This document shows positions 19,701 to 29,991 of a DNA stretch of 64,000 nucleotides, piece after piece. The notes beneath the pieces are model-generated. The model searched no databases, was not told the origin of the DNA, and was given only the letters and a program-made list of their open reading frames with translations. Source of the DNA: Balanoglossus misakiensis. Lineage: Eukaryota > Animalia > Hemichordata. Position numbers and translations under genes: made by a program. The stretch is from assembly GCA_040954595.2 (NCBI GenBank), contig JBECUI020000046.1:19389-83388 (forward strand), read 5' to 3'. Within the stretch, counting starts at the first letter, position 1, and each line of letters begins with the position of its first letter.

Positions 19701-22641
19701 AGATGAAACAAGCCCCACTCAAACGGTAAGGACAAACGCATCTGGTGCGACTGCACCGGGGGTAGTCAATAAGGATACTATTACGAAGGATAATGCGGTA
19801 AGCGAGAAAGGAACCCTTGCTCTGAACTGGGATGCCGCTACTCGTGGAACAGATCTAAACGGTAATTTAGTTGCGAACACCTACACCGTCCAGTATCGGG
19901 TAGAAGGCGAAAGCGCTTGGATCAATGGAGGAACAGTTGCGACACCGAGCATAACCATAACCTCTCTTGATGAAGCAAGCCCGTATGAGATCCAAATTCG
20001 TACGAACAATTCTAGCGATCCTAGCTTGGAAAGTGCGTGGACAGCTCCGGTTACATTAGTCAGTAACGGTATAGGACAGCTGGAGATACATGACAATAAC
20101 GGAAAGATAACGGAACTGACCATAGATGTTAATCAAACAAAACAGCTACTAGTTCCCCATACATTCTTTGTTAATGTGGCAAATACGAATATACTCTGGA
20201 CAAGTTCCGATGAAACAAAGGCAACAGTAACACCAGCAGGAGTCATTTCTGCAGTCTCGGACGGTACGGCAACCATTACGGCAACAGCAGAGGCAGATCC
20301 TACAAAATCTGCAATGGTAACAGTAACAGTATTCGCTGTGGCAGATATTGTTCTTTACAACACCGCAAGCATTACGACAGATGCTGGGCAGGAAGCAACA
20401 TTAGCTCCAGCCCCACAAACTTTACCTGCAGGTGCAGCATTATCGTATACTGCCACACTTGAAAACGGCCTTCCTTTGCCTGCTGGCGTAACTGTAGGAA
20501 CTGATGGGCTTATAACTGTTTTAGGGACTACTCTGGCGGGTACCTATCAGATAGTGGTAACAGCCACTGTTGATGGATATTCTGATTCTGCGTCCCATGC
20601 CATAACCTTAACAATTAATTCGGTTGTACTGACGGGAACGGTTTCATACGGCAATAATCCGGTTGTATCATCACTGACCCCGCTATCTGTACTTACAAAT
20701 ACTCTAAATGCTCCGAACCCCGTATGGAGTATCTCCGGCAACCCTGCAGGCATGACGATTGATCCCATAACCGGAAGAATATCGGTAACGGATGCTGTTT
20801 CTGCTCAGGCATACTCGGTAACCATTACGATAGCATCTGGAACTCCAGGCATTACGGGAACAGTGGATTTGAATCTTTCAGTAACCGTGGAAGATGCACC
20901 AATTCAATATAAGGCTGATCTCACTGTTGAGGACCGGGCATATTTCGGCATGGGAGATATTGATAATCCCTTTCTTTTTCTTGTAGCGGGAAGGACGGCA
21001 ACAGACGGTTTAACAGCAACGATAGAGATAAAAGATGCAACGGGAGCCACTAAAAATGCAAACACCGATGCTACCATTACTGTATCTCTTGATGAAAATG
21101 GAAATACCATAGTTGGTGCTGGACCTCAAATGACCTATGCTGAATGGTCAACTCTAGGACGCACGATAACCATAGACATTACGGTAGTAGATGCTGGTAC
21201 AGTTCTGGTCACTTCTTCATTGGCCAAAACAGTGCGACCACTGGGAGAAATTTACAACTGGCGTGATCTTCAGGCAATGAGACATGATGTAAGCGACACT
21301 GCTAATTATTTCTTAAAGGCAGATATAACCATACCTGCACCCGATACCTACGCCATACCGAGTACTGGATGGTCGCCGGTCGGGAACCCCTTTCGCGGTA
21401 CCTTAGCGGGAACACGAACTGACGGCGTAACTGATCGCTATAAGATTATCAATCTGACGATAAACAACACCAGCCGAACTGCGGGTTCAGGACTCTTTCG
21501 AATGATTCGAAGTAGCAGTCCGAACTCTATTCGTGTTAGAGACATTCTTTTTGTTAATCCTTCCATCCGTGTGGCAGCTCTGGCAGGAGTCTTGGTAGGA
21601 AGAATATATGCTGCCTCAGTAGAAAGGGTAGCAGTGGAAAGTAGTGGTGCAGTCCTTACTGGGCTATCGGGGGAGGTTGATCTTCGTGCTCTCTCCTACA
21701 GTGGCAGTGACAAAGGTATGTTCTTAGGGGGCATTGTTGGTGCCATGGAACGAGGGCGCCTTATTGCCGTTCATAACAGCGGGGATATAGTTCAAGAACG
21801 AGGCAATTTTGGTCAGGGACGTGTTGGTGGAATTCTAGGGTGGGGTGTTGCCGTGACTGTAATAGGAGGTTTTACTGGCGATATTAGAGGAGATGATAAT
21901 TATTTTGGGGGGATTGCTGGAGAAGCCAAGACGGCCGATGGTGATCCTACGCAGATATTTGGCTATTCTACCGGTAACATATATAGTAGCAGAAAAGGAC
22001 ACTTAGGGGGACTAGTAGGGCGTAGTCAACGCTGGAGCGGCCAGTCTGTTAATAAAATAAACCAAATAAGGGGTTATTCGACTGGTAGCATCAGTTCTGA
22101 TGGTCAGGCCTTGGAAATTTCATACACAGGTGGGTTAGTTGGCTATTTCCTGCGTATGGTTGATGTACAAGGATTTTTTGCGGGTTCGGTAGCAACTTCT
22201 TTTGCAAATAGTCAATTTACATTTATTGCAGAGGGTGGATTTCATGAAACTACTCCTTTTGCTATTCGAGGGTATGTTGATCAAACTACTGCGGGAACTA
22301 CTACGATGCTCGGTTCATCCCTAAGAGGAGGAATAACAGACGTACAGAGATTGCTAGGTGAGGGCTCCCTTACTCGCAGAGGAACGGGAACTGATGCAGA
22401 CCCGTATCAATACTTTGATACGAAGAATACTGCCGACGAAGCCGATGATACAGAGATTTTTCTTGCCGACGACCATTGGACCATGCATAGCTCCTTTGGT
22501 GGAGAAACAGATGCGGACTCAGACGGGATTCCCGATCAGATTGGCGACTGGGTCTGGGTAGGCGACGGCAAATGGCCAAGTCTCTGGGATACGGCTGACG
22601 GATATTACTTCGGAACCCAACCCGATAGAAAGACCCCGTAG
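16721..22641 (+). pseudogene. giant surface lipoprotein 2 (1973 aa if repaired), 1-nt frameshift at 18073-18074
   Basis: ORFs 16721-18085 and 18163-22641 are collinear with paralogue 1; GCCGAGGAGCG here versus GCCGAGGGAGCG in copies 1 and 3. Confidence 0.85.
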
Positions 22642-22663
22642 AAATCGATAGAATCCGATAGAT

Positions 22664-22695
22664 AGCAGCGGAGCATAACCTCCGCTGCTTTTTTT
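22664..22695 (+). terminator. intrinsic terminator of lipoprotein 2
   Basis: AGCAGCGGAG-cataac-CTCCGCTGCT plus T run. Confidence 0.9.
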
Positions 22696-22737
22696 GTTTG
22701 AGGTAGAGCCAAAAAATCAAGTAAAATATGCACCTAC

Positions 22738-22822
22738 TTCAATCAAAACCGCACCTTTCGCAGTAGTTCTTAATACCACCCCTGAAAAAAATTGATAAAT
22801 ATCCGCACCTACTTCAATCAAA
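22738..22822 (+). repeat. one short (75 bp) repeat unit lacking the G-rich tract, plus terminal partial unit
   Basis: same as unit 9768-9842; next TTCAATCAAA at 22813. Confidence 0.92.
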
Positions 22823-22845
22823 CATGTATATTTTGCTTTAGGGGC

Positions 22846-22874
22846 TTGTCGTTTGCATATTTTGACACTATAAT
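22846..22874 (+). promoter_or_regulatory. sigma70-type promoter of giant lipoprotein 3
   Basis: TTGTCG-N17-TATAAT. Confidence 0.75.
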
Positions 22875-22934
22875 ATATGACTGTATAAAAAATATACCAA
22901 AGTACATTACTCAATAAAAACAGAGAGGTTATAA

Positions 22935-25900
22935 ATGAGTTATAAAGCATTCTTGATTGCTATTAGTGTTGTGTTAGTTGTTGTTCTTTCAGCTTGTGGG
23001 GGTGCATCTGGAGGAGGGGGAGAAACGATAGTTGTTGACCCGGCAACGGGAGTGCGTGCACAATTCGTAGCAGCCGATGCAATTACAGTTTCATGGTCTG
23101 CACCCAGTACAGGCACAGGCACCTATACGTACACCATAACCCTAAGTTCGGGAAATACACCGGTACAAACAATAGATGATGTATCGGGTACATCGTATAC
23201 ATTTTTAGGATTGCAGTTAAATGCGGAAACAGTCTACACAGTAGAAGTCGTAGTCAAGCAGGGCACTTCTTCTTCTCAGGTAGCAAGTGTTGATTTACCG
23301 GCAACCGGTAAGGTTGCAGAAGCAGGAACAAGCGTAAGCGATGTAGCAACTGCTGCAGGCGATGATGCTGCAACTCAGATAAGGGTATCGTGGACAGCCC
23401 CGACTGAACGTAGCGATGTTCAGGGATATACAATCCAATTAACACCAACAAGTGGAGCAGCCTTAGATCCTATTTCCGTTGCTGCTGGCGAGCTATCTAC
23501 CCTTATTTCCAACCTTGATCCGGCAACGGAGTATGCAGTTGAGGTTACAGCAATATATCCAGACGGAGATAGTACTTCCATACCGGCACCTGCCACCGTA
23601 CAAACATCAGCCGAACAGCTGGGCACTTTGGAACCATCAGCATCTCAATCAGCCCGATCCATTACAGTTAGTTGGCAAGCCATTTCCTCCCGAGACCTGA
23701 CCTATACGGTCTATTTGGCAACAACAGAGACCGGAATAATAGATGCGGCGAATGAGCAGGCAGCCCCATCCTTTCAAGCAGATTTATCCCTCTGGTCATT
23801 GACCATTGATGGGCTAGAACCGAATACCCCCTATTACATTGTTGTTACCGTACCGAGCGAAAACATAGAAAGTGCTCCTTTGCAGGTAACAACATTTGGA
23901 TTGGAGGCAGTAGCCCCCAATATGGTGAGCAACATTGTAAAGGATGATGCCGAGAAGACAGCAGGCAACCTCAAGTTGAACTGGCAGGACTCACAAGGAA
24001 CAGATACGAATGGGCATACTGTTGAAAGCATTTACACTGTAAAGTATCAAAATCTGAGATCAAACGAAGAGTTCATTCAAGACGGTATAAGGGACACGAC
24101 GACCTTTACCTTAACCGGCTTGGCAGAAGCGACCGATTACGCTATTCGTATACAAGCAGTAAACAGTTTTAATTCCGATTTAGTAAGTGACTGGACCGAC
24201 CCACCTGTAGTTCTTACCAGCAACGGTATTAAACCTCTGCTTATTCAGCAAAATGGCGTGGACCTAACTACTCTGACCTTGGCAATAGCCGAGGGAGCGA
24301 TCCTAAGTGTTCCCTCATCGGTTTTTGTTAATGTAGAGAATACGAATATTGATTGGGAAAGTAGTAACGAACAGGAAGTTTCGGTGCTGAATGGAGAGAT
24401 AAGGGCATTGGCAGTTACCGATGGCCTAACAATTACGGCGACATCAAATGCAGATGCGAGTAAAACTGCAACGGTTACAGTACAGGTAACAGGGTTTGTG
24501 GATGTGCAGAGATCATCGGCAGCAAGACGCATTACAGTTCGCTGGGAACCAATTTCAGCAGCAGAACTTACATACACCGTCTATCTGGCAACTGCGGAAG
24601 CAGGATTAATTGATAATGCCAACAAGCAGGATGCACCGACACTGGATCCGGGTACCGGTTGGTGGACATTGGATATTACCGGATTAACCCCGGAAACATC
24701 CTACTATGTAGTGGTGCAAGCGGAGAGTCAAGGAGGTGCAACGGCAACAAGTGCGATCTTAACAATAGACACACGAGCCTCAGGTGTTTCGGCTCCCGAT
24801 GCGGTTTCAGGAATAGTCAAAGATAATACGGAGAAGGGGCAAGGAAACTTAAAAATTAACTGGCTTGCATCTGAAGGAACCGATGACGACGGCAATCCAA
24901 TTGCAAGCACGTACAATGTTGAGTATCAAAATCTGAGATCAAACGAATTGTTCACTCAAGAAGGTATAACGGACACGACTCTTACACTAACAGGCTTGGA
25001 CGAAGCGACCGATTACGCTATTCGTATAGAGGCAGTGCATAGCGTTGATATAACTAAAGCGAGTCCTTGGACAGAACCGCCTGTAACCCTTACCAGCAAC
25101 GGTATTCGTACACTTGAGATACGAGATGCCAATGGCAATGAGATCCCCGGGAACACGTTGACTCTTCCTGTTGGACAGCAAAAAACCCTAACAGTTCCTG
25201 CATCATTGTTTATCAATGTTGCTGATGCCAATGTAAATTGGACAAGTTCCGATGAAACAAAGGCAACAGTAACAGGAGGAGTTGTTTCTGCAGTCTCAGA
25301 CGGTACGGCAACCATTACGGCAGCAGCAGCGGCAGATTCAACAAACACGGCAACTGTAACGGTAACTGTGCCCGGATTAGAGAACGTCATCCTGTATGAC
25401 CCGGCAACGCTTACAGCTACCTATCCGGTTACCACTGCAGTCCTAGGAGCAAATCCGCAAGGACTTCCGGTTGCCGGTCTGGAACTATCCTATACGGGAA
25501 CACTAAGCGACGGAAATCCATTACCTGTAGGCATAAGCCTTGCATCGGATGGAACCATTAGTCTGGATTCGGATGCAGAACTTGGTACATCCACACTCAG
25601 CATTACAGCAACAGCAGATGGCTATACCAGTAGTGCAACCCAAGACCTAACAGTAACGGTAGAATCCCCACAAGCAAGAGAGTTTGTTATAGAATCTGAA
25701 CCATCAGCAACAAGCATAGTACTGACTTGGGCACCCATCGTTGATATTGATGTTACTTACACCGTCTATTTTTCTGATACGAGTACTGATATAGAAAACC
25801 CAGCCAATGAGCAGGCAGCCCCGACACTAGTCGAAGGGAAATGGACAGTTACCATTGATAATTTGGTACCGGAGACTGACTACTATGTAGTCATTACGGC

Positions 25901-28900
25901 GATATTAACTGGTGTTGTAGATGAAACAAGCCCCACTCAAACGGTAAGCACAAGCCAATCTGGTGCGACTGCACCGGGGGTAGTCAATAAGGATAGCATT
26001 ACCAAGGATAATGCGGTAAGCGAGAAAGGAACCCTTGCTCTAAACTGGGATGGTGCTACTCGTGGAACAGATGTAAACGGCAATTTAGTTGCGAACACCT
26101 ACACCGTCGAGTATCGGGCAGAAGGCGAAAGCACTTGGACCAATGGAGGAACAGTCGCGGCACCGGCCATAACCCTGACATCTCTTGCCGAAGCAAGCCC
26201 GTATGAGATCCGAATTCGTACGAACAATTCTAGTGATCCCAATAATCCTCTTTTGGAAAGTGCGTGGACAGCTCCGGTTACATTAGTCAGTAACGGTATA
26301 GGACAGTTGGAGATACATGACAATAACGGAAAGATAACGGAACTGACCATAGAGGTTAATCAAACAAAACAGCTACTAGTTCCCCATACATTCTTTGTTA
26401 ATGTGGCAAATACGAATATACTCTGGACAAGTTCCGATGAAACAAAGGCAACAGTAACACCAGCAGGAGTCATTTCTGCAGTCTCAGAAGGTACGGCAAC
26501 CATTACGGCAACAGCAGCGGCAGATCTCACAAAATCTGCAACAATAGCAGTAACGGCAGCACTCATACAGGGAAGAGAGTTTGTCATAACATCTGAACCA
26601 TCACCAACAAGCCTGGTACTGACTTGGGCACCCATCGTTGATATTGATGTAACCTACACCGTCTATTTGTCTGATACGAATGCTGATATAGAAAACTCAG
26701 CCAATGAGCAGGCAGCCCCGACATTAGCTGAAGGAAAATGGACAGTTACCATTGATAATTTGGTACCGGAGACTGACTACTATGTAGTCATTACGGCGAT
26801 ATTAACTGGTGTTGTAGATGAAACAAGCCCCACTCAAACGGTAAGGACAAACGCATCTGGTGCGACTGCACCGGGGATAGTCAATAAGGATACTATTACG
26901 AAGGATAATGCGGTAAGCGAGAAAGGAACCCTTGCTCTGAACTGGGATGGTGCTACTCGTGGAGCAGATGTAAACGGCAATTTAGTTGCGAACACCTACA
27001 CCGTCGAGTATCGGGCAGAAGGCGAAAGCGCTTGGAACAATGGAGGAACAGTCGCGGCACCGGCCATAACCCTGACATCTCTTGACGAAGCAAGCCCGTA
27101 TGAGATCCAAATTCGTACGAACAATTCTAGTGATCCCAATAATCCTCTTTTGGCAAGTGCTTGGACAGCTCCGGTTACATTAGTCAGTAACGGTATAGGA
27201 CAGCTAGAGATACATGACAATGACGGAAAGATAACGGAACATGCCTTGAATATGGGTCAAACAAAACAACTTTTTGTTCCTGATACATTCTTTGTTAATG
27301 TGGCAAATAGGAATATACTTTGGTCAAGCTCGAATACGGCAGTAGCAACCGTATCGCTGGGAGGAGAAGTTACTACAGTCTCCGGTGGCGAGGCGACCAT
27401 TACGGCAATAGCATCGGCAGATTCTACAAAAAGGGCAACAATAACAGTAACCGTAATCAGCTTAGCAAATCTTGTTCTCTATAGCTCTGATAGCATTACA
27501 ACGGATTTTGGTCAGGAAACAGTTTTAGATCCGGCACCACAGGTTGATCTACCGACAGGTACAGTATTATCGTATGTGCCGGGGACCCTGCCAGATGGGG
27601 TAACGGTACAAGGAAATGGACGAATAGCAGTGTCCAATAGCGTAATATCGGGAACTTATCAAATAGAGGTTACAGCCACTGCTGATGATTTTTCTGATTC
27701 TGCCTCACAAATACTAACCCTAACGGTTAATACAATTTCATTGTCGGGAACCGTTTCTTATGGCGATGCTCCGACTATAGCGACAGACAAAGAGCTTCTT
27801 GTAGTTGCGGATACTCTGAATGCTCCGAACCCAGTGTGGAGTATCTCCGGTAATCCTGCAGGCATGACGATTGATTCCACATCCGGTAGAATATCGGTAA
27901 CAGAATCAGTTGTTCATCAAGAATATACGGGAATAACTATTACAATAGAGTCCGGAATAGCAGACATTACGGGAACAGTATCTGTAACAATTTCAGTAAC
28001 TGTAATCCCTGCATCACTGCAATACAAGTTTGACCTCAGTACTGATGATCAGCAATACTTTAGCATAGGAGATATTGATAATCCATTTCTTTTTCATCTG
28101 CTTCACGTAACTGCAACGGATAGCTTGACTGCGACAGTTGAGATAAAAGATACAGGGGGAAGAGTCAGGAATGCAAATACCGTTGCTACTATTACTGCAT
28201 CTCTTGATGAAAATGGCAATGCCATTGTTGGAGTTGGTCCTCAAATGACCTATGCCGAATGGCAAAATGTCGGTACTGAGGTAACTATAGATATTACAGT
28301 AACAACGGCAGGTACTACAGAGCCAAAGAGAGCTTTGCTTACCAAAGCAGTGCGACCACCGAATGGAGAAATTTACAACTGGCGTGATCTTCGGGCAATG
28401 AGACATAATACAAGCGCAACTGCTAATTATTTCTTAAAGGCAGATATAACCATACCTGCACCCGGTACCTACGACATGCCGAGTACTGGATGGGCGCCGG
28501 TCGGGAACCCCTTTCGCGGTACCTTAGCGGGAACACGAACTGACGGCGTAACTGATCGCTATAAGATTATCAATCTGACGATAGACGACACCAGCCGAAC
28601 TGCGGGTTCAGGACTCTTTCGAATGATTCAAGGTAGTTCATTTGTTGATCTTCGTGTTAGAGATATTCTTTTTGTTGATCCTTCTGTCAGTGTGGGTGCT
28701 GTGGCAGGGGTCTTGACGGGGATCTTATACAAGGGAACAGTGGAAAGGATAGCTGTGGAAAGTAACGGCACAGTTGTTACTTCGTCAGGGAGCACCTCTT
28801 ATAGGTTTGTTAGTGCAAATACTTCGTCGACAGGTGCGCTTATCGGAGGTATTGCTGGTGTTGTTGATACAGGAAGAATGATTGCTGTCCATAACAGTGG

Positions 28901-29729
28901 GGATGTAGTCCAAACTGGGATAAGTTCGGGATTAGATGCATTTGTCGGTGGAATTGTAGGTAATGGATATTTTATTGATATAATAGGCGGAGTTACTGGT
29001 AATGTTCGTGCCACAGGTATTTCTGTAGGCGGGATTATCGGATATACCTTCGTGAAACCTGGTGCAAGGGCAGTGGTATATGCGTATTTCACTGGTACTG
29101 TATACACCCATGGAAACTGGGCTGGTGCATTATATGGACAGGTAAACAACCTGGGGACTGGTGATCCAGATCCAGTACATATTCAAGGTTATGCAACTAA
29201 TAACATCAGAGGCGGTAGAGTTGGTGGTCTGGTAGGACGTTATCGTGCTCGGATAAATCTATTAGGATTCTTTGCTGGCAGTGTAACTGGCACTAGCGAG
29301 CGTTATACATTTGTTAGCACAGCTCAATTAATGAAGGAGGCTGGTGATAAAGCAATTCGAGGGTATGTTGATCAAACTACTGCGGGGACTGGTCGTACGG
29401 TCGGTACACCCCTGGTGGGCGGAACAACAGACGTACAGAGATTGATAGGTGAGGACTTCCTTACTCGCAGAGGAACGGGAACAGATACAGACCCGTATCA
29501 ATACTTTGATACGAAGAATACTGCCGACGTAGCCGATGATAGAGAGATTTTTATTGCCGACCATTGGACCATGCATAGCTCCTTTGGTGGAGAAACAGAT
29601 GCGGACGCAGACGGGATTTCCGATCAGATTGGCGACTGGGTCTGGGTAGGCGACGGGAAGTGGCCAAGTCTCTGGGATACGGCTGACGGATACTACTTCG
29701 GAACCCAACCCGATAGAAAGACCCCGTAG
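22935..29729 (+). CDS. giant surface lipoprotein 3 (2264 aa) with one extra Fn3-Fn3-Ig module
   Basis: same lipobox and stalk as copy 1; internal 897-bp duplication; divergent glycine-rich head. Confidence 0.85.
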   Translation: MSYKAFLIAISVVLVVVLSACGGASGGGGETIVVDPATGVRAQFVAADAITVSWSAPSTGTGTYTYTITLSSGNTPVQTIDDVSGTSYTFLGLQLNAETVYTVEVVVKQGTSSSQVASVDLPATGKVAEAGTSVSDVATAAGDDAATQIRVSWTAPTERSDVQGYTIQLTPTSGAALDPISVAAGELSTLISNLDPATEYAVEVTAIYPDGDSTSIPAPATVQTSAEQLGTLEPSASQSARSITVSWQAISSRDLTYTVYLATTETGIIDAANEQAAPSFQADLSLWSLTIDGLEPNTPYYIVVTVPSENIESAPLQVTTFGLEAVAPNMVSNIVKDDAEKTAGNLKLNWQDSQGTDTNGHTVESIYTVKYQNLRSNEEFIQDGIRDTTTFTLTGLAEATDYAIRIQAVNSFNSDLVSDWTDPPVVLTSNGIKPLLIQQNGVDLTTLTLAIAEGAILSVPSSVFVNVENTNIDWESSNEQEVSVLNGEIRALAVTDGLTITATSNADASKTATVTVQVTGFVDVQRSSAARRITVRWEPISAAELTYTVYLATAEAGLIDNANKQDAPTLDPGTGWWTLDITGLTPETSYYVVVQAESQGGATATSAILTIDTRASGVSAPDAVSGIVKDNTEKGQGNLKINWLASEGTDDDGNPIASTYNVEYQNLRSNELFTQEGITDTTLTLTGLDEATDYAIRIEAVHSVDITKASPWTEPPVTLTSNGIRTLEIRDANGNEIPGNTLTLPVGQQKTLTVPASLFINVADANVNWTSSDETKATVTGGVVSAVSDGTATITAAAAADSTNTATVTVTVPGLENVILYDPATLTATYPVTTAVLGANPQGLPVAGLELSYTGTLSDGNPLPVGISLASDGTISLDSDAELGTSTLSITATADGYTSSATQDLTVTVESPQAREFVIESEPSATSIVLTWAPIVDIDVTYTVYFSDTSTDIENPANEQAAPTLVEGKWTVTIDNLVPETDYYVVITAILTGVVDETSPTQTVSTSQSGATAPGVVNKDSITKDNAVSEKGTLALNWDGATRGTDVNGNLVANTYTVEYRAEGESTWTNGGTVAAPAITLTSLAEASPYEIRIRTNNSSDPNNPLLESAWTAPVTLVSNGIGQLEIHDNNGKITELTIEVNQTKQLLVPHTFFVNVANTNILWTSSDETKATVTPAGVISAVSEGTATITATAAADLTKSATIAVTAALIQGREFVITSEPSPTSLVLTWAPIVDIDVTYTVYLSDTNADIENSANEQAAPTLAEGKWTVTIDNLVPETDYYVVITAILTGVVDETSPTQTVRTNASGATAPGIVNKDTITKDNAVSEKGTLALNWDGATRGADVNGNLVANTYTVEYRAEGESAWNNGGTVAAPAITLTSLDEASPYEIQIRTNNSSDPNNPLLASAWTAPVTLVSNGIGQLEIHDNDGKITEHALNMGQTKQLFVPDTFFVNVANRNILWSSSNTAVATVSLGGEVTTVSGGEATITAIASADSTKRATITVTVISLANLVLYSSDSITTDFGQETVLDPAPQVDLPTGTVLSYVPGTLPDGVTVQGNGRIAVSNSVISGTYQIEVTATADDFSDSASQILTLTVNTISLSGTVSYGDAPTIATDKELLVVADTLNAPNPVWSISGNPAGMTIDSTSGRISVTESVVHQEYTGITITIESGIADITGTVSVTISVTVIPASLQYKFDLSTDDQQYFSIGDIDNPFLFHLLHVTATDSLTATVEIKDTGGRVRNANTVATITASLDENGNAIVGVGPQMTYAEWQNVGTEVTIDITVTTAGTTEPKRALLTKAVRPPNGEIYNWRDLRAMRHNTSATANYFLKADITIPAPGTYDMPSTGWAPVGNPFRGTLAGTRTDGVTDRYKIINLTIDDTSRTAGSGLFRMIQGSSFVDLRVRDILFVDPSVSVGAVAGVLTGILYKGTVERIAVESNGTVVTSSGSTSYRFVSANTSSTGALIGGIAGVVDTGRMIAVHNSGDVVQTGISSGLDAFVGGIVGNGYFIDIIGGVTGNVRATGISVGGIIGYTFVKPGARAVVYAYFTGTVYTHGNWAGALYGQVNNLGTGDPDPVHIQGYATNNIRGGRVGGLVGRYRARINLLGFFAGSVTGTSERYTFVSTAQLMKEAGDKAIRGYVDQTTAGTGRTVGTPLVGGTTDVQRLIGEDFLTRRGTGTDTDPYQYFDTKNTADVADDREIFIADHWTMHSSFGGETDADADGISDQIGDWVWVGDGKWPSLWDTADGYYFGTQPDRKTP

Positions 29730-29751
29730 AAATCGATAGAATCCGATAGAT

Positions 29752-29784
29752 AGCAGCGGAGCATAGCCTCCGCTGCTTTTTTTT
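29752..29784 (+). terminator. intrinsic terminator of lipoprotein 3
   Basis: AGCAGCGGAG-catagc-CTCCGCTGCT plus T run. Confidence 0.9.
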
Positions 29785-29826
29785 GTTTGAGGGAGTGCCA
29801 AAAAATCAAGCAAAACATGCATAAAC

Positions 29827-29903
29827 TTCAATCAAACACACAGATTTCGCAGTAGTACCTTATACCACCCCTTAAGGGTGGGGGTTGTGGATGGGGAGCA
29901 GGG
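29827..29903 (+). repeat. degenerate long repeat unit closing the array
   Basis: TTCAATCAAA..ATTTCGCAGTAGT..TACCACCCCTTAAGGGTGGGGGTTGTGGATGGGG. Confidence 0.85.
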
Positions 29904-29991
29904 CATAAAAAAACAAGCCCCCCATGCTCCGACAACATATCCAGTCTGAAATGCTAGTATTTTCAGGCAGAATAAAGTATACTATCATTGT

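Noticed and set aside
21244-29729. Diversity-generating retroelement acting on the lipoprotein heads
   Set aside because: No reverse transcriptase or non-coding template repeat in the window; differences between copies involve all bases and indels rather than adenine-specific changes
9970-29831. Many conserved antisense and alternate-frame ORFs within the giant genes
   Set aside because: Shadow ORFs explained by Thr/Ala/Val-rich codons and DNA-level duplication
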